A stretch of DNA of 64,000 nt from Fibrobacteria bacterium (GTDB lineage Bacteria > Fibrobacterota > Fibrobacteria > UBA11236): positions 1-64,000 of the forward strand of contig JBGTHM010000100.1 in the NCBI GenBank assembly GCA_041746255.1. Reading direction: 5' to 3'. The notes beneath the pieces were generated by a model. It saw only the letters and a program-made list of their open reading frames with translations. It was not told the DNA's origin and ran no database searches. Each line of letters starts with the position of its first letter. Positions within the stretch are counted from its first letter, which is position 1. The position numbers and the translations under genes were made by a program. Below, in pieces: positions 18,463 to 28,743 of the stretch.

Positions 18463-19574
18463 GGATATTAGTGGTATGGGTAGGAGCCATCGTACCGGCA
18501 TACCGTACCTTCTTCGATGAACTTGCCGGCCAAGCGGAAGTGCACATCCTGACGCCGAAAAAATGGACGCATGGATCCGTCCCATACCATTGGAAGAAAT
18601 GCCTTCCCAGCGGTTCCGAGTCTTACCGTCTGAACTTCACCCGCTTCTGGCCCGGTGATTCAAAATATTTGCTTCCCGGATTGCCCGCGCACCTCCTGCG
18701 CATCCGCCCAGACAGGGTTTATTTTATGGACGAACTCGATCGCCTGAACCTGACCTTGCATATCATCATCACTAAAATCTTTGCGCCCACGGCTCGGGTA
18801 GTCACTTATGCCTTGCAGAATCTCGAAAAACCCGCTTACTACGGTTGGAGTCATCGCATCGCCCTCTCCACCAACACCCATATGGTAAATGGGGTAATCG
18901 CCGCTTCCAGCGAGGCGGGTCGAATTGTCAGGAAACACGGATTCACGGGCCCCTTAACCCGGATTCCCCTGTCGGCTTCGCCGGATTTTTTTTCACCTGT
19001 TTCCCGGGATGAAAAAATCCGTCTGCAAGCGGAGTTGGGCTTGACTGCGGAAGCCGGAAAAATAATCGTCTATGCCGGAAGCTTAGTACAGGCCAAGGGG
19101 GTTTCCTTGTTGGCGGAAATATTGCCGCGGTTTCCCCATTTCGTTCTGGTCACGGCGGGTGACGGGCCGCTGCGCACAAAGTTGCAGGATATGCTCGGGT
19201 CCCGTTTCCTTTGGCGGGGCGCATTAAGAGGTCGGGATTTGGTACGGTTCTACCAATGCGGGGATTACGTCCTATTGCCGTCGAGGGACACTCCGGCTTG
19301 GAAGGAGCAGGTGGGACGCTCCCTCATCGAGGGGATCCTGTGCGGATGCCTTGGTTTGGGAAGCGATTCCGGCAGCATCCCCGAAGTGGTCGGCTTGCCT
19401 GAACTGCTTTTCAAGCAGAACGATCCGGAATCGTTGGCCTCTTTGCTTGCTTCTCTCCCCCTTCGTGACGAAGAAGGTTGGCGTGCGCGTCAGCTTCGGC
19501 ATGTCTCGGATATTTACGCGCATCCGGTATGCGCGCGTCAAACGGCGGAATTTATGGCGGGGTTGGCCACATGA
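18459..19574 (+). CDS. Glycosyltransferase family 4
   Basis: YAGSLVQAKG, AGDGPL, WKEQVGRSLIEG, SDSGSIPE; ATGA overlap. Confidence 0.9.
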   Translation: MRILVVWVGAIVPAYRTFFDELAGQAEVHILTPKKWTHGSVPYHWKKCLPSGSESYRLNFTRFWPGDSKYLLPGLPAHLLRIRPDRVYFMDELDRLNLTLHIIITKIFAPTARVVTYALQNLEKPAYYGWSHRIALSTNTHMVNGVIAASSEAGRIVRKHGFTGPLTRIPLSASPDFFSPVSRDEKIRLQAELGLTAEAGKIIVYAGSLVQAKGVSLLAEILPRFPHFVLVTAGDGPLRTKLQDMLGSRFLWRGALRGRDLVRFYQCGDYVLLPSRDTPAWKEQVGRSLIEGILCGCLGLGSDSGSIPEVVGLPELLFKQNDPESLASLLASLPLRDEEGWRARQLRHVSDIYAHPVCARQTAEFMAGLAT

Positions 19575-20659
19575 AACCCTTGCGCATCCTGCACCTGCAC
19601 CGGGACCTCCCGCCGGATAGCTACACCGGCGTTGCCGTGCAAGTCCATCGCCTGGCGAATGCGCTTACCGGCATTGGACATGACGTTACGGTAGCCACAC
19701 TCTCCCCGCGCCCGCCGGATGCCGATTATTCGGTACTCGCATTGCCGCAAATTCCTGCCGGTTTCACCCGCTGTAAACGGGTTTTGCTGCCGATTGCTTT
19801 TCGCGGATTGGATTCGGAGGGCTTCGATGCCGTGCATGTACACGGCGACGGGGCATTTTTGCGTATCGATTCCCGTTTCGTCCGTACCTTTTACGGTACC
19901 GCTTCCCAGGAGGCGCGCCATGCCCGCGGAATCAAGGGCAGGATGGCCCAGTCCCTTTCGTACTGGATGGAGAGCCGCGAAGCGCGCGCATATCCGGTTT
20001 GCACGGCCATTTCCGGCCATGTCCGGCTCCACCTAAGCCGTATTTCCCATGTGATACCCTGCATGCTTGCGTCAGAACCGCCGAATCGAATTCCCCGAAA
20101 ACATACCGACCCTACCCTCATTTATCTGGGTTCGCGATTTACCCGCAAGCGCGGCGAATCGGCTTTACGGATTTACTCCCGGTTGCGAAAGGTTATCCCC
20201 CGGCTACGCATGCATTACATCGGTCCGGAACCGGATGTAATGGCCCTGCGAAAAGAAACGGATGGCATGTCGCCTTGGGAAAACCTGTATTGCCACACCC
20301 GGTTGAGCCGGAATTCGCTGGAGGAACTCTATGCCGAGAGTTGGATTTACCTATCCACTGCCGGCTATGAAGGTTTCGGAGTCTCCCTTATCGAAGCCAT
20401 GGCGGCCGGATGCATACCCGTATCCGTCCCACACCCAGGAGCTTTGGAAATAATCACCCCGGGGGAAACGGGCTATTTGGGTAGCGAGGAAGATATCCCC
20501 GGATTGGTAAAGCGGTTGATAGCCGAGCCCACTCTTGTCAAAAACGTAGCGGAAAAAGCCTTAATCCGTTCCCGCGATTTCGCGCCCGGAAAAATTGCGC
20601 GCGAATACGAAAGCCTTTACCATGCATCGGTTTCACGCCGAAACCGTGGAGAAGACTGA
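19571..20659 (+). CDS. Glycosyltransferase family 4
   Basis: YEGFGVSLIEAMAAG (Ex7E); ATGA overlap. Confidence 0.9.
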   Translation: MKPLRILHLHRDLPPDSYTGVAVQVHRLANALTGIGHDVTVATLSPRPPDADYSVLALPQIPAGFTRCKRVLLPIAFRGLDSEGFDAVHVHGDGAFLRIDSRFVRTFYGTASQEARHARGIKGRMAQSLSYWMESREARAYPVCTAISGHVRLHLSRISHVIPCMLASEPPNRIPRKHTDPTLIYLGSRFTRKRGESALRIYSRLRKVIPRLRMHYIGPEPDVMALRKETDGMSPWENLYCHTRLSRNSLEELYAESWIYLSTAGYEGFGVSLIEAMAAGCIPVSVPHPGALEIITPGETGYLGSEEDIPGLVKRLIAEPTLVKNVAEKALIRSRDFAPGKIAREYESLYHASVSRRNRGED

Positions 20660-22152
20660 TGCAAGTGAAAGTCGATTCTCCCTGGATTTATCCCCTAATC
20701 GCCGCGCTGGGAATCCTTTTCGCCTATAAAATGGTGAATATTCCCTCCCGCACCGAAATTGCGATTTTCGCCATTGGGATTTTTCTGATTCCCGCCTTGA
20801 AGTATCCCAAGTTCAGCACCTACTACCTGCTCACCTTCCCGCTTTTCGTCCCCTTCTTCCGGCGCCTTTATTACCTCGTAGGCGAAAGGGTGCAAACCGA
20901 TCCAATCATGCTCATTTCGGACGGCGTGATGATCGCTTTTCTGGCCAGCCTGATCCTCCTGTGGATTTACAACAAGGAAAGGTGCCGGGACATCCTTTCC
21001 GCCCTGATCGTAGCCTTCACTCTATGGCTTTTCGCGAAAGTCTTTTTGCAAAACCTGATTCCCATTGTCCAAGCCCTTTACGGTTTCAAATTCAACGGAT
21101 TATACGTGCCTTTCTTTTTCGCGGGCAGTTATTTTCTCTATAGCCTCGCCGGGCTTCAGCGAATCATCACTGTCGTCACGATAACCTTCATGGCGACGGC
21201 CTGCTATACCATCTGGCAAATCGTAATCGGCTTTCCCGCCTTCGATCAGGCTTGGATGGACTCGGTAACCTTCACGACACTCTATATCGAAGGCATCCCC
21301 CGGCCTTTCGGAACCTACGTCTCCCCCGCGGCCCTTTCCGATGCCATGTGCATCCTTTTGATCTTGGGCGCATACTGGCTGGCTCGCGGGGGAATGGTAC
21401 AGAAATCTTTCGGCCTTATAGTCATGGCTGCCGGTACCTATCCCCTGCTCATCGCCACGGTGCGCACGAATTGGATAGCTGCTGTCATGGGCTTATATTT
21501 CTTTTTCATTTTCCTCCGCATCATGGGGCCCTGGAAAAAGGGAATTCACCTGGTTCTCCTGGTTTTAGTGGCCGTAGCCCTCTCAGCCGGAAGCAAAACC
21601 GAGGATGAAACCCAGAATCGCCAATTGAGCAGTCATATGCAAAATGACGAACGCGGAATCCACGACATCATGGTCAAGGAACGGGTGCAGGCCGTTTCCA
21701 ATCCCATGCAAGAATACAGCCTTCTCAAGCGCATGGATACTTGGAAAGGCATCTGGAATTACTCCTTCACCTATCCGCTGGGGCGAGGCCAGAATACCAC
21801 GGGGTATGCCCACAGTTATTATTTCCAAATTTTGGGAGAAACGGGGTATCCCGGATTACTGTTTTTCCTTGCCATACTTTGTCTCTTCTTCCACCGTGGA
21901 TTTTACGTGGTTCGCATGGCGACAGACCCCGCCGCCATCCTTTTGGCCCGATTATTCCTTACCATGGTCTTCATGTTTTCCATTCTTAACCTGACGGGTA
22001 CCCACCTCCACTCCAATCCGGGAGATATCTATTTCTGGTTCAGCGGAGGAGCGCTGGCTTTCCTGTACCGACATGTCCGCGACGAAGCTGCGACAGTCAA
22101 GGACGAACCCGCTACTACCCATTCCTTGCAAGTGGAGAGCAGCGGTGCTTGA
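20659..22152 (+). CDS. Wzy polymerase / O-antigen ligase family membrane protein
   Basis: Many TMs; RPFGTY, ATVRTNW, YPLGRG, AHSYYFQILGETGYPGL (Wzy_C-like). Confidence 0.82.
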   Translation: MQVKVDSPWIYPLIAALGILFAYKMVNIPSRTEIAIFAIGIFLIPALKYPKFSTYYLLTFPLFVPFFRRLYYLVGERVQTDPIMLISDGVMIAFLASLILLWIYNKERCRDILSALIVAFTLWLFAKVFLQNLIPIVQALYGFKFNGLYVPFFFAGSYFLYSLAGLQRIITVVTITFMATACYTIWQIVIGFPAFDQAWMDSVTFTTLYIEGIPRPFGTYVSPAALSDAMCILLILGAYWLARGGMVQKSFGLIVMAAGTYPLLIATVRTNWIAAVMGLYFFFIFLRIMGPWKKGIHLVLLVLVAVALSAGSKTEDETQNRQLSSHMQNDERGIHDIMVKERVQAVSNPMQEYSLLKRMDTWKGIWNYSFTYPLGRGQNTTGYAHSYYFQILGETGYPGLLFFLAILCLFFHRGFYVVRMATDPAAILLARLFLTMVFMFSILNLTGTHLHSNPGDIYFWFSGGALAFLYRHVRDEAATVKDEPATTHSLQVESSGA

Positions 22153-23263
22153 AGGCAAAACCATCGTGATTATCGGCCATCCGCTGGCAGCGGAGGAAAA
22201 CCGTCTCCCCTTCAGGTATTTCCAGGGCGCACAGATCCATTTGATAGTTCCGGAAAGATGGAAGGCGCGTTCTGCCGGACGGGAATTCCGCTTCGATGCC
22301 GGTTCCGGTGGTGGAGAACCGTCCCATCCCTACCAGTCCCATTCCCTCCCCGTTCTTTTCTCAGGAAGTAATACTTTTTTCAGTTGGCGCGGATTGTGGC
22401 CGTTACTTGATCGGCTACGGCCCGATTTAATCTATGGATGGGAAGAAGCTTGGTGCCTCGCATCCTGGCAGGTTCTGCGGTTTTGCCGGACGCACTCCAT
22501 CCCCTTACTTTTTTACGCGGCGGAGAACCGGAAGAAAAGACTACCCTGGCCCATAAGCACCCTCTGCCGGAAAGTGCTCGCGGGAACTTGCGCCGCCTTG
22601 GCTGTCAGCGAAGAGGCCTCATTGCGGTTGCGTGAGCTGGGTTTCACGCGACGAATCTTTACCATCCCCCTACCCATACGCGCATATCCTTCCATCCTTG
22701 CGAGCCGAGACAATCGTCTCTTGTTGTATATCGGAAGGCTTATCCCCTTGAAGCGGGTGGACCTGCTGGTGAAAACGCTCCCGCATCTTAAGCAGTGGCG
22801 CCTGCGCATTATCGGTGACGGTCCGGAAAAGAAGTACCTCCATGACCTTTCGCTGCAATTGGGAGTTGTTGAGAGAGTGGAGTTTCTCGGACATGTACCC
22901 AACCGGCAGTTGGCGGCCGTTAGTGAGGGAGCCACGTTCGCCTGTATTCCCACGGGCGAAAACCCCTGGCAGGCGGAACAATTCGGCAAATCCGCATTGG
23001 AAGCCGTTGCATTCGGATTGCCCGTGCTGGTCAGCGCCGGAGGACACTTTGTAAAAATTGCCAACGAATTCGAAACTCTTTACGCCCAGGCGTGGCGAAA
23101 TGAGGAGGAACTCGCCCGCAGTATCGAATATTCATGGGATAATTATCCCTCCCAGGCGCAACTGGCCCTATCTCGCGAACGTGTGATTTCGCGTTATGGC
23201 TCAGAGGCGGTGGGACGCCTCATGGCTGATGCGTTCGCCTCCATATTGACCGGGGAAAAGTGA
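22145..23263 (+). CDS. Glycosyltransferase family 4
   Basis: YIGRLIPLKR, IGDGPE, EQFGKSALEA; GTG start overlapping the upstream stop. Confidence 0.9.
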   Translation: MLEGKTIVIIGHPLAAEENRLPFRYFQGAQIHLIVPERWKARSAGREFRFDAGSGGGEPSHPYQSHSLPVLFSGSNTFFSWRGLWPLLDRLRPDLIYGWEEAWCLASWQVLRFCRTHSIPLLFYAAENRKKRLPWPISTLCRKVLAGTCAALAVSEEASLRLRELGFTRRIFTIPLPIRAYPSILASRDNRLLLYIGRLIPLKRVDLLVKTLPHLKQWRLRIIGDGPEKKYLHDLSLQLGVVERVEFLGHVPNRQLAAVSEGATFACIPTGENPWQAEQFGKSALEAVAFGLPVLVSAGGHFVKIANEFETLYAQAWRNEEELARSIEYSWDNYPSQAQLALSRERVISRYGSEAVGRLMADAFASILTGEK

Positions 23264-23264
23264 G

Positions 23265-24446
23265 ATGGCCGGAAGCAATAGTCTCATGCGCCTGATGGAA
23301 AGCTGGGTAGTACGGACTTACCTGTTTTTTCGACGCCTTCCGCGCGCCTTCGGATCCACAACTCTGCCGGTACAACCCAAACGCGTTCTCATCTGTAAAT
23401 CATGCTGCCTGGGAGACGCCTTGCTTTCGCTCTATGCCATTCGCGACTACCGCAAAAAAAATCCCGACGTGGTTCTGGACGTCCTGGGTTCCGCACGCGT
23501 TGAATCCATCTATAGGAACAGTCCGGATATCGACCAGGTATTTTCCTTGCCGGTCACGGGGCGAAACCTATTGCAGGAATTGCTCCATCCACGTTTCTGG
23601 CTGTCCGCTTTCTCAACCCTGCGAAGGCTAAGAGCCCGGCGCTACGATTGTCTTTTCGATTTGGAACTCTATCGGGGATATGGCGCCATACTACCCGTCC
23701 TGTTGAACATCCCCTATTCCCGTGGATTCAGGGTGGAAGGCACCTATTCCAAAGGGCATAATGAATTGGTGGATAGACCTAAGGACGAGCCGGAGTGGAG
23801 ATGCTTTTACCCATTATTCGAAGTGCCCTTTCCTGAGAGTGATCCGGAACCGTTGTTTACGCCCAAGGCCCGGGGCAAGTCAGACATTCTCCCGCTCACA
23901 ACCGGCAAGCGCCGCATCGGATTAGTCTATGGCTCGTCTTTCAATTGGCCCCAGAAAAAATGGCCGATTTCCCATTTTGTTTCCCTGATCCGCCTTTTAG
24001 ATGGGGTTGATTTCGAATTCGTCTTGCTCGGGAGTGATTGTGAAAAAGACGAGGCCGCCTATCTTTGCCGCGAGAGCGGGTTTCCACTTCACAATCTATC
24101 CGGGAAATTGGATTTTGAAGGTCTCCTGGATGCCGTGGCCGAATGCGATTTGGTAGTCGGGAACGATACCGGTACCATGCATGTGGCTGGAGCCCTCGGT
24201 ATTCCCGCCCTGACCCTATTCGGCCCGACCAATCCTCTGAAATGGCGGGGACTTTCTGCGCGCAGCCTATACCGGGGAGGCTTGCCCTGCCGCCCCTGTT
24301 ATTACTTGAGCGCCATGCCCGCCTGCCCCCATCGCAATTGCCTACAAACCCTGGAACCGGCGCGGGTGGCAACCGAAATCAAGGATTTTTGCAATCAGGA
24401 ACCCATATCGTTAGCCGACTGGACCCAAAACCTGGAATTGGGATGA
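23265..24446 (+). CDS. Glycosyltransferase family 9 (heptosyltransferase-like)
   Basis: LGDALLS, KKWP, GNDTGTMHVAGALG, LFGPT, CRPC. Confidence 0.92.
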   Translation: MAGSNSLMRLMESWVVRTYLFFRRLPRAFGSTTLPVQPKRVLICKSCCLGDALLSLYAIRDYRKKNPDVVLDVLGSARVESIYRNSPDIDQVFSLPVTGRNLLQELLHPRFWLSAFSTLRRLRARRYDCLFDLELYRGYGAILPVLLNIPYSRGFRVEGTYSKGHNELVDRPKDEPEWRCFYPLFEVPFPESDPEPLFTPKARGKSDILPLTTGKRRIGLVYGSSFNWPQKKWPISHFVSLIRLLDGVDFEFVLLGSDCEKDEAAYLCRESGFPLHNLSGKLDFEGLLDAVAECDLVVGNDTGTMHVAGALGIPALTLFGPTNPLKWRGLSARSLYRGGLPCRPCYYLSAMPACPHRNCLQTLEPARVATEIKDFCNQEPISLADWTQNLELG

Positions 24447-24580
24447 TTCGGGAAGGATCCCTCACCGGCCTCGCATCCGGGCTGTATTTATACATTATTT
24501 TTTTGCGGGTTTCGCTGTATCCTCTAAGATGAGTCAGGCAGCGCCGCCTCAGGTCGATTCCACAACTTCCAGGAAACAAG

Positions 24581-25633
24581 ATGCCTAGCAAGCCATGGAA
24601 TACTTTCTTTCGGACCGGAATATTTATCTTCGCGGGCTGTATCTTGTTTCTTACCTATTCCGCCTTCGAAATCACCCGCATACCTCCTCCCGGAGACTCT
24701 GAAATGACCCGCTCCCCACAAACGGTCGAAGTCCTTTACGAGGTTCCACGCAATATCGGCCTTTCCGCGCTGGCCAAAGACCTGGCCGCCAAAGGCCTGA
24801 TCGGTAACGCGCGTTATTTCAATCTCTACCTACGCCTGACACGCATGGACAAACGAATCCGGGCTGGGTTTTATTTTCTACCAGCTTCCAACAGCATATA
24901 TGCCTTGGCCCATCGGCTCACATCCGGTCGCATGGCCACCAAGACCATCACCATTCCCGAAGGCAAGGCTTCCTGGGAAATCTATTCCATTTTGAGCGGT
25001 CATTATGAACTCGACAGCCTGGTTTTCGATTCGCTCGTACATAATCGCGACTTCGCAATAAGGGTGGGAATGGACTCGAATGGATTGGAGGGTTATCTCT
25101 TTCCCGACACCTATGTGTTACCCTGGGAACTCACCGAGGCCGAAGCCCTGCTTATTCTTTCCAGACGATTCAAGCAGGTGCTGGGGGAACTGGACACCGC
25201 CGAGGCCCCGATTTTGAAACATGGACTGCATGGATTGGTGACACTCGCTTCCATCGTCGAAAAAGAGGCTGCGGTAGAATCGGAACAGCGCCTGATCGCC
25301 GGGGTTTTCTGGAATAGATTGGAAAAAGGCTGGACCCTGGGCGCTGACCCCACCGTCCGCTACGCGATTCGCAAGTTGACCGGGCCGCTCTACGTCTCCG
25401 AGCTCAACTCCAACTCACCCTATAACACCCGGAAATTCGCGGGACTTCCACCGGGACCGATTTGCAGCCCGGGAAGGGGCGCATTGCGGGCGACCTTGAA
25501 CCCTCTCAGCACCGACATGATGTATTTCGTGGCCAAGGATGATGGATCCCGCGAACACTTTTTTTCCAAGAATGGCGGAGAGCATAACCGCTTCAAAGCC
25601 GAAGCCGCGGCCAACCGGAAAAAACAAAAATAA
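24581..25633 (+). CDS. mltG: Endolytic transglycosylase MltG
   Basis: TIPEG, LEGYLFPDTY, LASIVEKE, DPTV, SPYNT, GLPPGPICSPG, YFVA. Confidence 0.95.
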   Translation: MPSKPWNTFFRTGIFIFAGCILFLTYSAFEITRIPPPGDSEMTRSPQTVEVLYEVPRNIGLSALAKDLAAKGLIGNARYFNLYLRLTRMDKRIRAGFYFLPASNSIYALAHRLTSGRMATKTITIPEGKASWEIYSILSGHYELDSLVFDSLVHNRDFAIRVGMDSNGLEGYLFPDTYVLPWELTEAEALLILSRRFKQVLGELDTAEAPILKHGLHGLVTLASIVEKEAAVESEQRLIAGVFWNRLEKGWTLGADPTVRYAIRKLTGPLYVSELNSNSPYNTRKFAGLPPGPICSPGRGALRATLNPLSTDMMYFVAKDDGSREHFFSKNGGEHNRFKAEAAANRKKQK

Positions 25634-25639
25634 AGACTT

Positions 25640-26647
25640 TTAATTCGAGCGGTCCGTCATCATCTCGCACAAGTTGCGCAGATGAACCGTCGAGGGCGAT
25701 TCGGGAAACCTTTCCAAAAGGCCGAGGCAGGTGCGAATCCGATCCAAGGCCATATCCCGGGCCTGGGAGAAGGACAGGTGCTCATCCAGCTTGCGCGTGA
25801 TAATTTTCTGGTTGTTTTCGGATTCCGGTTCTCGCAATAAATCCCGCATTTCGTCCCGTTCCTGTAGAGAACATCCCGAGAAATACAGGATAAAAGGCAG
25901 GGTAAAAAATCCGTTTTTCACATCCGAAAAGGTTTTCTTGTCGAGATTTTGGGCGCCGTAGCCAAAGTCCAGCAAATCGTCGATGATTTGGAAGGCCACG
26001 CCGAAATTGCGCCCCAATTCGGAACCCGCAACAATCAAATCGCCATCCAAATCCGCCAGGATGGCGCCGCATTCGCCGCATGCCTCCATCAAGGCGGCGG
26101 TTTTACCCTCAATGACGGTGAAATATTGTTCCAAGGTCAACTCGGTATTACCGGCCTGCTCTACTTCAAGCACTTCACCACGAATCAGGTTGCTGGAGGC
26201 CCGACTCAGGCTTAAGGGGATGCGTGAATCTTTTTCCTGCCAGACCATCTCCATCGACTTGGCCAGGGCATAATCACCAAGTAGCACCGCCGTGCGGTTT
26301 CCCCAGCGTTTATGCGCGGTTTTTTCATTGCGTCGCAGGTCGGAATCGTCGATAATGTCGTCGTGAACCAGGGAGGCCAGATGAATCAATTCCAAAGCCG
26401 AGGCCACCCTGACCGCCCGCTCCCAACCCGATTTTTCCCGGGTTGTGGCCATTAGTAACAAAAAGGTGGAGCGGATGCGCTTTCCTCTACGATTGAGCAG
26501 CAACCCCAGCGATTCGGATAATCGACCGGGAGCCCCTTGCGCCACCTCCACCATGGTCTGCTGAACCTGTTCCAGACCTTCGCGAACGATCTCCCGCGCC
26601 CCTTCCAGCACCTCCCAATAGGAGACCGCCGTATTCACCCGCCCCAT
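25640..26647 (-). CDS. Long-chain polyprenyl diphosphate synthase (IspB/HepT-like)
   Basis: GKRIR, HLASLVHDDIID, KTA, FQIIDDLLD; small residues before the first DDxxD suggest a long-chain product. Confidence 0.93.
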   Translation of the reverse strand: MGRVNTAVSYWEVLEGAREIVREGLEQVQQTMVEVAQGAPGRLSESLGLLLNRRGKRIRSTFLLLMATTREKSGWERAVRVASALELIHLASLVHDDIIDDSDLRRNEKTAHKRWGNRTAVLLGDYALAKSMEMVWQEKDSRIPLSLSRASSNLIRGEVLEVEQAGNTELTLEQYFTVIEGKTAALMEACGECGAILADLDGDLIVAGSELGRNFGVAFQIIDDLLDFGYGAQNLDKKTFSDVKNGFFTLPFILYFSGCSLQERDEMRDLLREPESENNQKIITRKLDEHLSFSQARDMALDRIRTCLGLLERFPESPSTVHLRNLCEMMTDRSN

Positions 26648-26848
26648 TCCAAACCTTTGGTTTAATTTCAGATCCAGCAGAAATATATAATAAGAAAAAA
26701 CCTTTTGGCCGGAGCCTAAGCAACCTGCAGGCAGGACTATGGCCAAATTGAGCCGTAATTCCTATTCTGGCAAACCAGGTCCTTTATGTCCTTTCGGCTG
26801 CCCGAAAAGGGCGGGAATGCATATCAAATTCGAAAGGTCGGGGTAACC

Positions 26849-27703
26849 GTGGATTTTCACTGGATTCGCATCCGCTCGCGGGCGGATCGCTTGGAGGAGG
26901 ACTCCTTCAGACTGTTCGAATGCGGCGCCTCCGGAGTGGTCGAGGAGGAGATTCCCTCGGAAGCTAAGGGTTCACCGGAGGAACTCTTCCTGCGTGGTTA
27001 CTATACCGATTCCGTGCGATGGGCAGAGGCCCAGTCTGAATTTAGCGGCCGGATTGGTTTCGAAAGCGGGAGCGAAGCCAACCGGGATTGGCTGGAAGAT
27101 TGGCATAGCGAGCAAAAACCCATAGAGGTCACCCCGGGATTACGGGTCGACCCGCCTTGGTGGGCGACCCCCTACCCGGAAGGGCATATTCTGAAATTAG
27201 AGCCCAAGATGGCTTTCGGAATGGGGTCGCATGAGTCCACCCGTCTGGCGGCATTCCTCCTGGAAAGCCTGGAACTTCGGGGAAAAAGCGCCTTGGATAT
27301 CGGAGCCGGTACAGGGATACTGGGACTCTACGCCGCGGTATTGGGAGCATCGTGGGTGGTCGCCCATGACAACGACCCCGTAACCGGACCCTGCCTACGC
27401 GAAAACGCGAACTTGAACCTCGATAGGGGGAAAGTTGCATTCAGCGCGCTGGTTGCAACCACCGACGCCTTGAAACCAACGGCCCGCTTCGACGTAATTA
27501 TCTGCAATATGTTACGCACCGAACTTTGGTCCTTTCGCAGTGAACTGGTGTCCCGTCTGAAGCCCAAAGGCGTTTTCGTGGTTTCCGGACAATTATTGCG
27601 CGATAAGGAATATTTCACTGCGGATGCGCAAACCACCGGTTATCGCATTGTCCGCGAACAAACCATGGACCCTTGGTGGGCCTTTATCGGAGAAAAAGCA
27701 TGA
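26849..27703 (+). CDS. prmA: Ribosomal protein L11 methyltransferase
   Basis: PKMAFGMGSHEST, LDIGAGTGIL, ICN, VSG; alternative start 26786. Confidence 0.9.
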   Translation: MDFHWIRIRSRADRLEEDSFRLFECGASGVVEEEIPSEAKGSPEELFLRGYYTDSVRWAEAQSEFSGRIGFESGSEANRDWLEDWHSEQKPIEVTPGLRVDPPWWATPYPEGHILKLEPKMAFGMGSHESTRLAAFLLESLELRGKSALDIGAGTGILGLYAAVLGASWVVAHDNDPVTGPCLRENANLNLDRGKVAFSALVATTDALKPTARFDVIICNMLRTELWSFRSELVSRLKPKGVFVVSGQLLRDKEYFTADAQTTGYRIVREQTMDPWWAFIGEKA

Positions 27704-28743
27704 GCGGAGGAATGGAAAAAATCGCCAATACCTGTTTATTGGACACTTTGGCCGGAAGGCCGGCGCAGCGTAGGCCCGCCTGGATCATGCGTCAAGCGGG
27801 CAGGTACCTGCCGGAATACCGCCGGGTGAGATCACAATTCAAAAATTTTCTCGACTTCTGCCGTTCTCCCGACGAAGTCGCGGAAGTTACCATCCAACCG
27901 GTGGATAGGTTGGATGTCGACGCGGCCATCCTTTTCTCCGACATCCTCGTACTGCTTCCCCCCATGGGTGTGGACGTGGTCTTCGAGGAAGGACGCGGTC
28001 CGGTGGTCGCCGACCCGGTACGGAGCTTCGGTCGCATCAGCGCGATGCCGGCAGGGAATCTCAACGCTGAGCTGGAATATGTCTTCGAAGGTATTCGGCG
28101 CACCAAAAAAAACCTGGGAGGTAGAGTCCCTCTCATCGGTTTCGCGGGAGGCCCGTTCACGGTGGCGTCCTATATGGTGGAAGGCGGATCCTCGAAGGAA
28201 TTGGTGCATTTGAAATCGCTGCTGTTCACCGCCCCGAAAGAATTCGCGGTCCTGCTCGGCAAGCTCGCCGAGGTAACCGGCGAGTATCTCTGCGAACAGG
28301 CCCGTAACGGAGCCAACGTACTTACCATAATGGACTCCTGGGCCGGTTTTCTGTCGCCGGAGGACTATCGCGACAAGGTGTTTCCGCACACCGCTGCCAT
28401 CATAGCCCGGGTGAAAAAGGAGTATCCCGACCTGCCCGTCATCCATTATGCCAACGGCGCGCCCGCCCTGGTGGATCAATTCGTGCGTTTGGGCGCCGAC
28501 GGGCTCGGACTGGATTGGCGCAGCGATCTCGGCGCCGTCTTGCAGCAATATCCGGATAAGATTTTTCAGGGAAACATGGACCCTTGCCGGCTTTTCGGAT
28601 CTCCCGAAGCGGTTACCGAAAAGGTGAAGGCCCTGTTAGCCTTGGTGGGCGATCGCCCGCATGTCTATAACCTCGGGCACGGTATCCTACCGGCGACTCC
28701 GGTGGAAAGCGCCCGCGCTTTCATCGACGCCGTTCACGGTTGA
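27700..28743 (+). CDS. hemE: Uroporphyrinogen decarboxylase
   Basis: WIMRQAGRYLPEY, AAILFSDIL, GFAGGPFT, QGNMDP, NLGHGI. Confidence 0.97.
   Translation: MSGGMEKIANTCLLDTLAGRPAQRRPAWIMRQAGRYLPEYRRVRSQFKNFLDFCRSPDEVAEVTIQPVDRLDVDAAILFSDILVLLPPMGVDVVFEEGRGPVVADPVRSFGRISAMPAGNLNAELEYVFEGIRRTKKNLGGRVPLIGFAGGPFTVASYMVEGGSSKELVHLKSLLFTAPKEFAVLLGKLAEVTGEYLCEQARNGANVLTIMDSWAGFLSPEDYRDKVFPHTAAIIARVKKEYPDLPVIHYANGAPALVDQFVRLGADGLGLDWRSDLGAVLQQYPDKIFQGNMDPCRLFGSPEAVTEKVKALLALVGDRPHVYNLGHGILPATPVESARAFIDAVHG

Noticed and set aside
24483..24494. Near-palindrome TGTATTTATACA upstream of mltG as an SOS box
   Set aside because: Does not match CTGT-N8-ACAG; single short AT-rich occurrence.
25640..26647. Polyprenyl synthase as a GGPP source for archaeal-type lipids with the reductase at 35291
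   Set aside because: Small residues before the first DDxxD point to long-chain (quinone) products, and the gene is about 8.5 kb away in another transcription unit.
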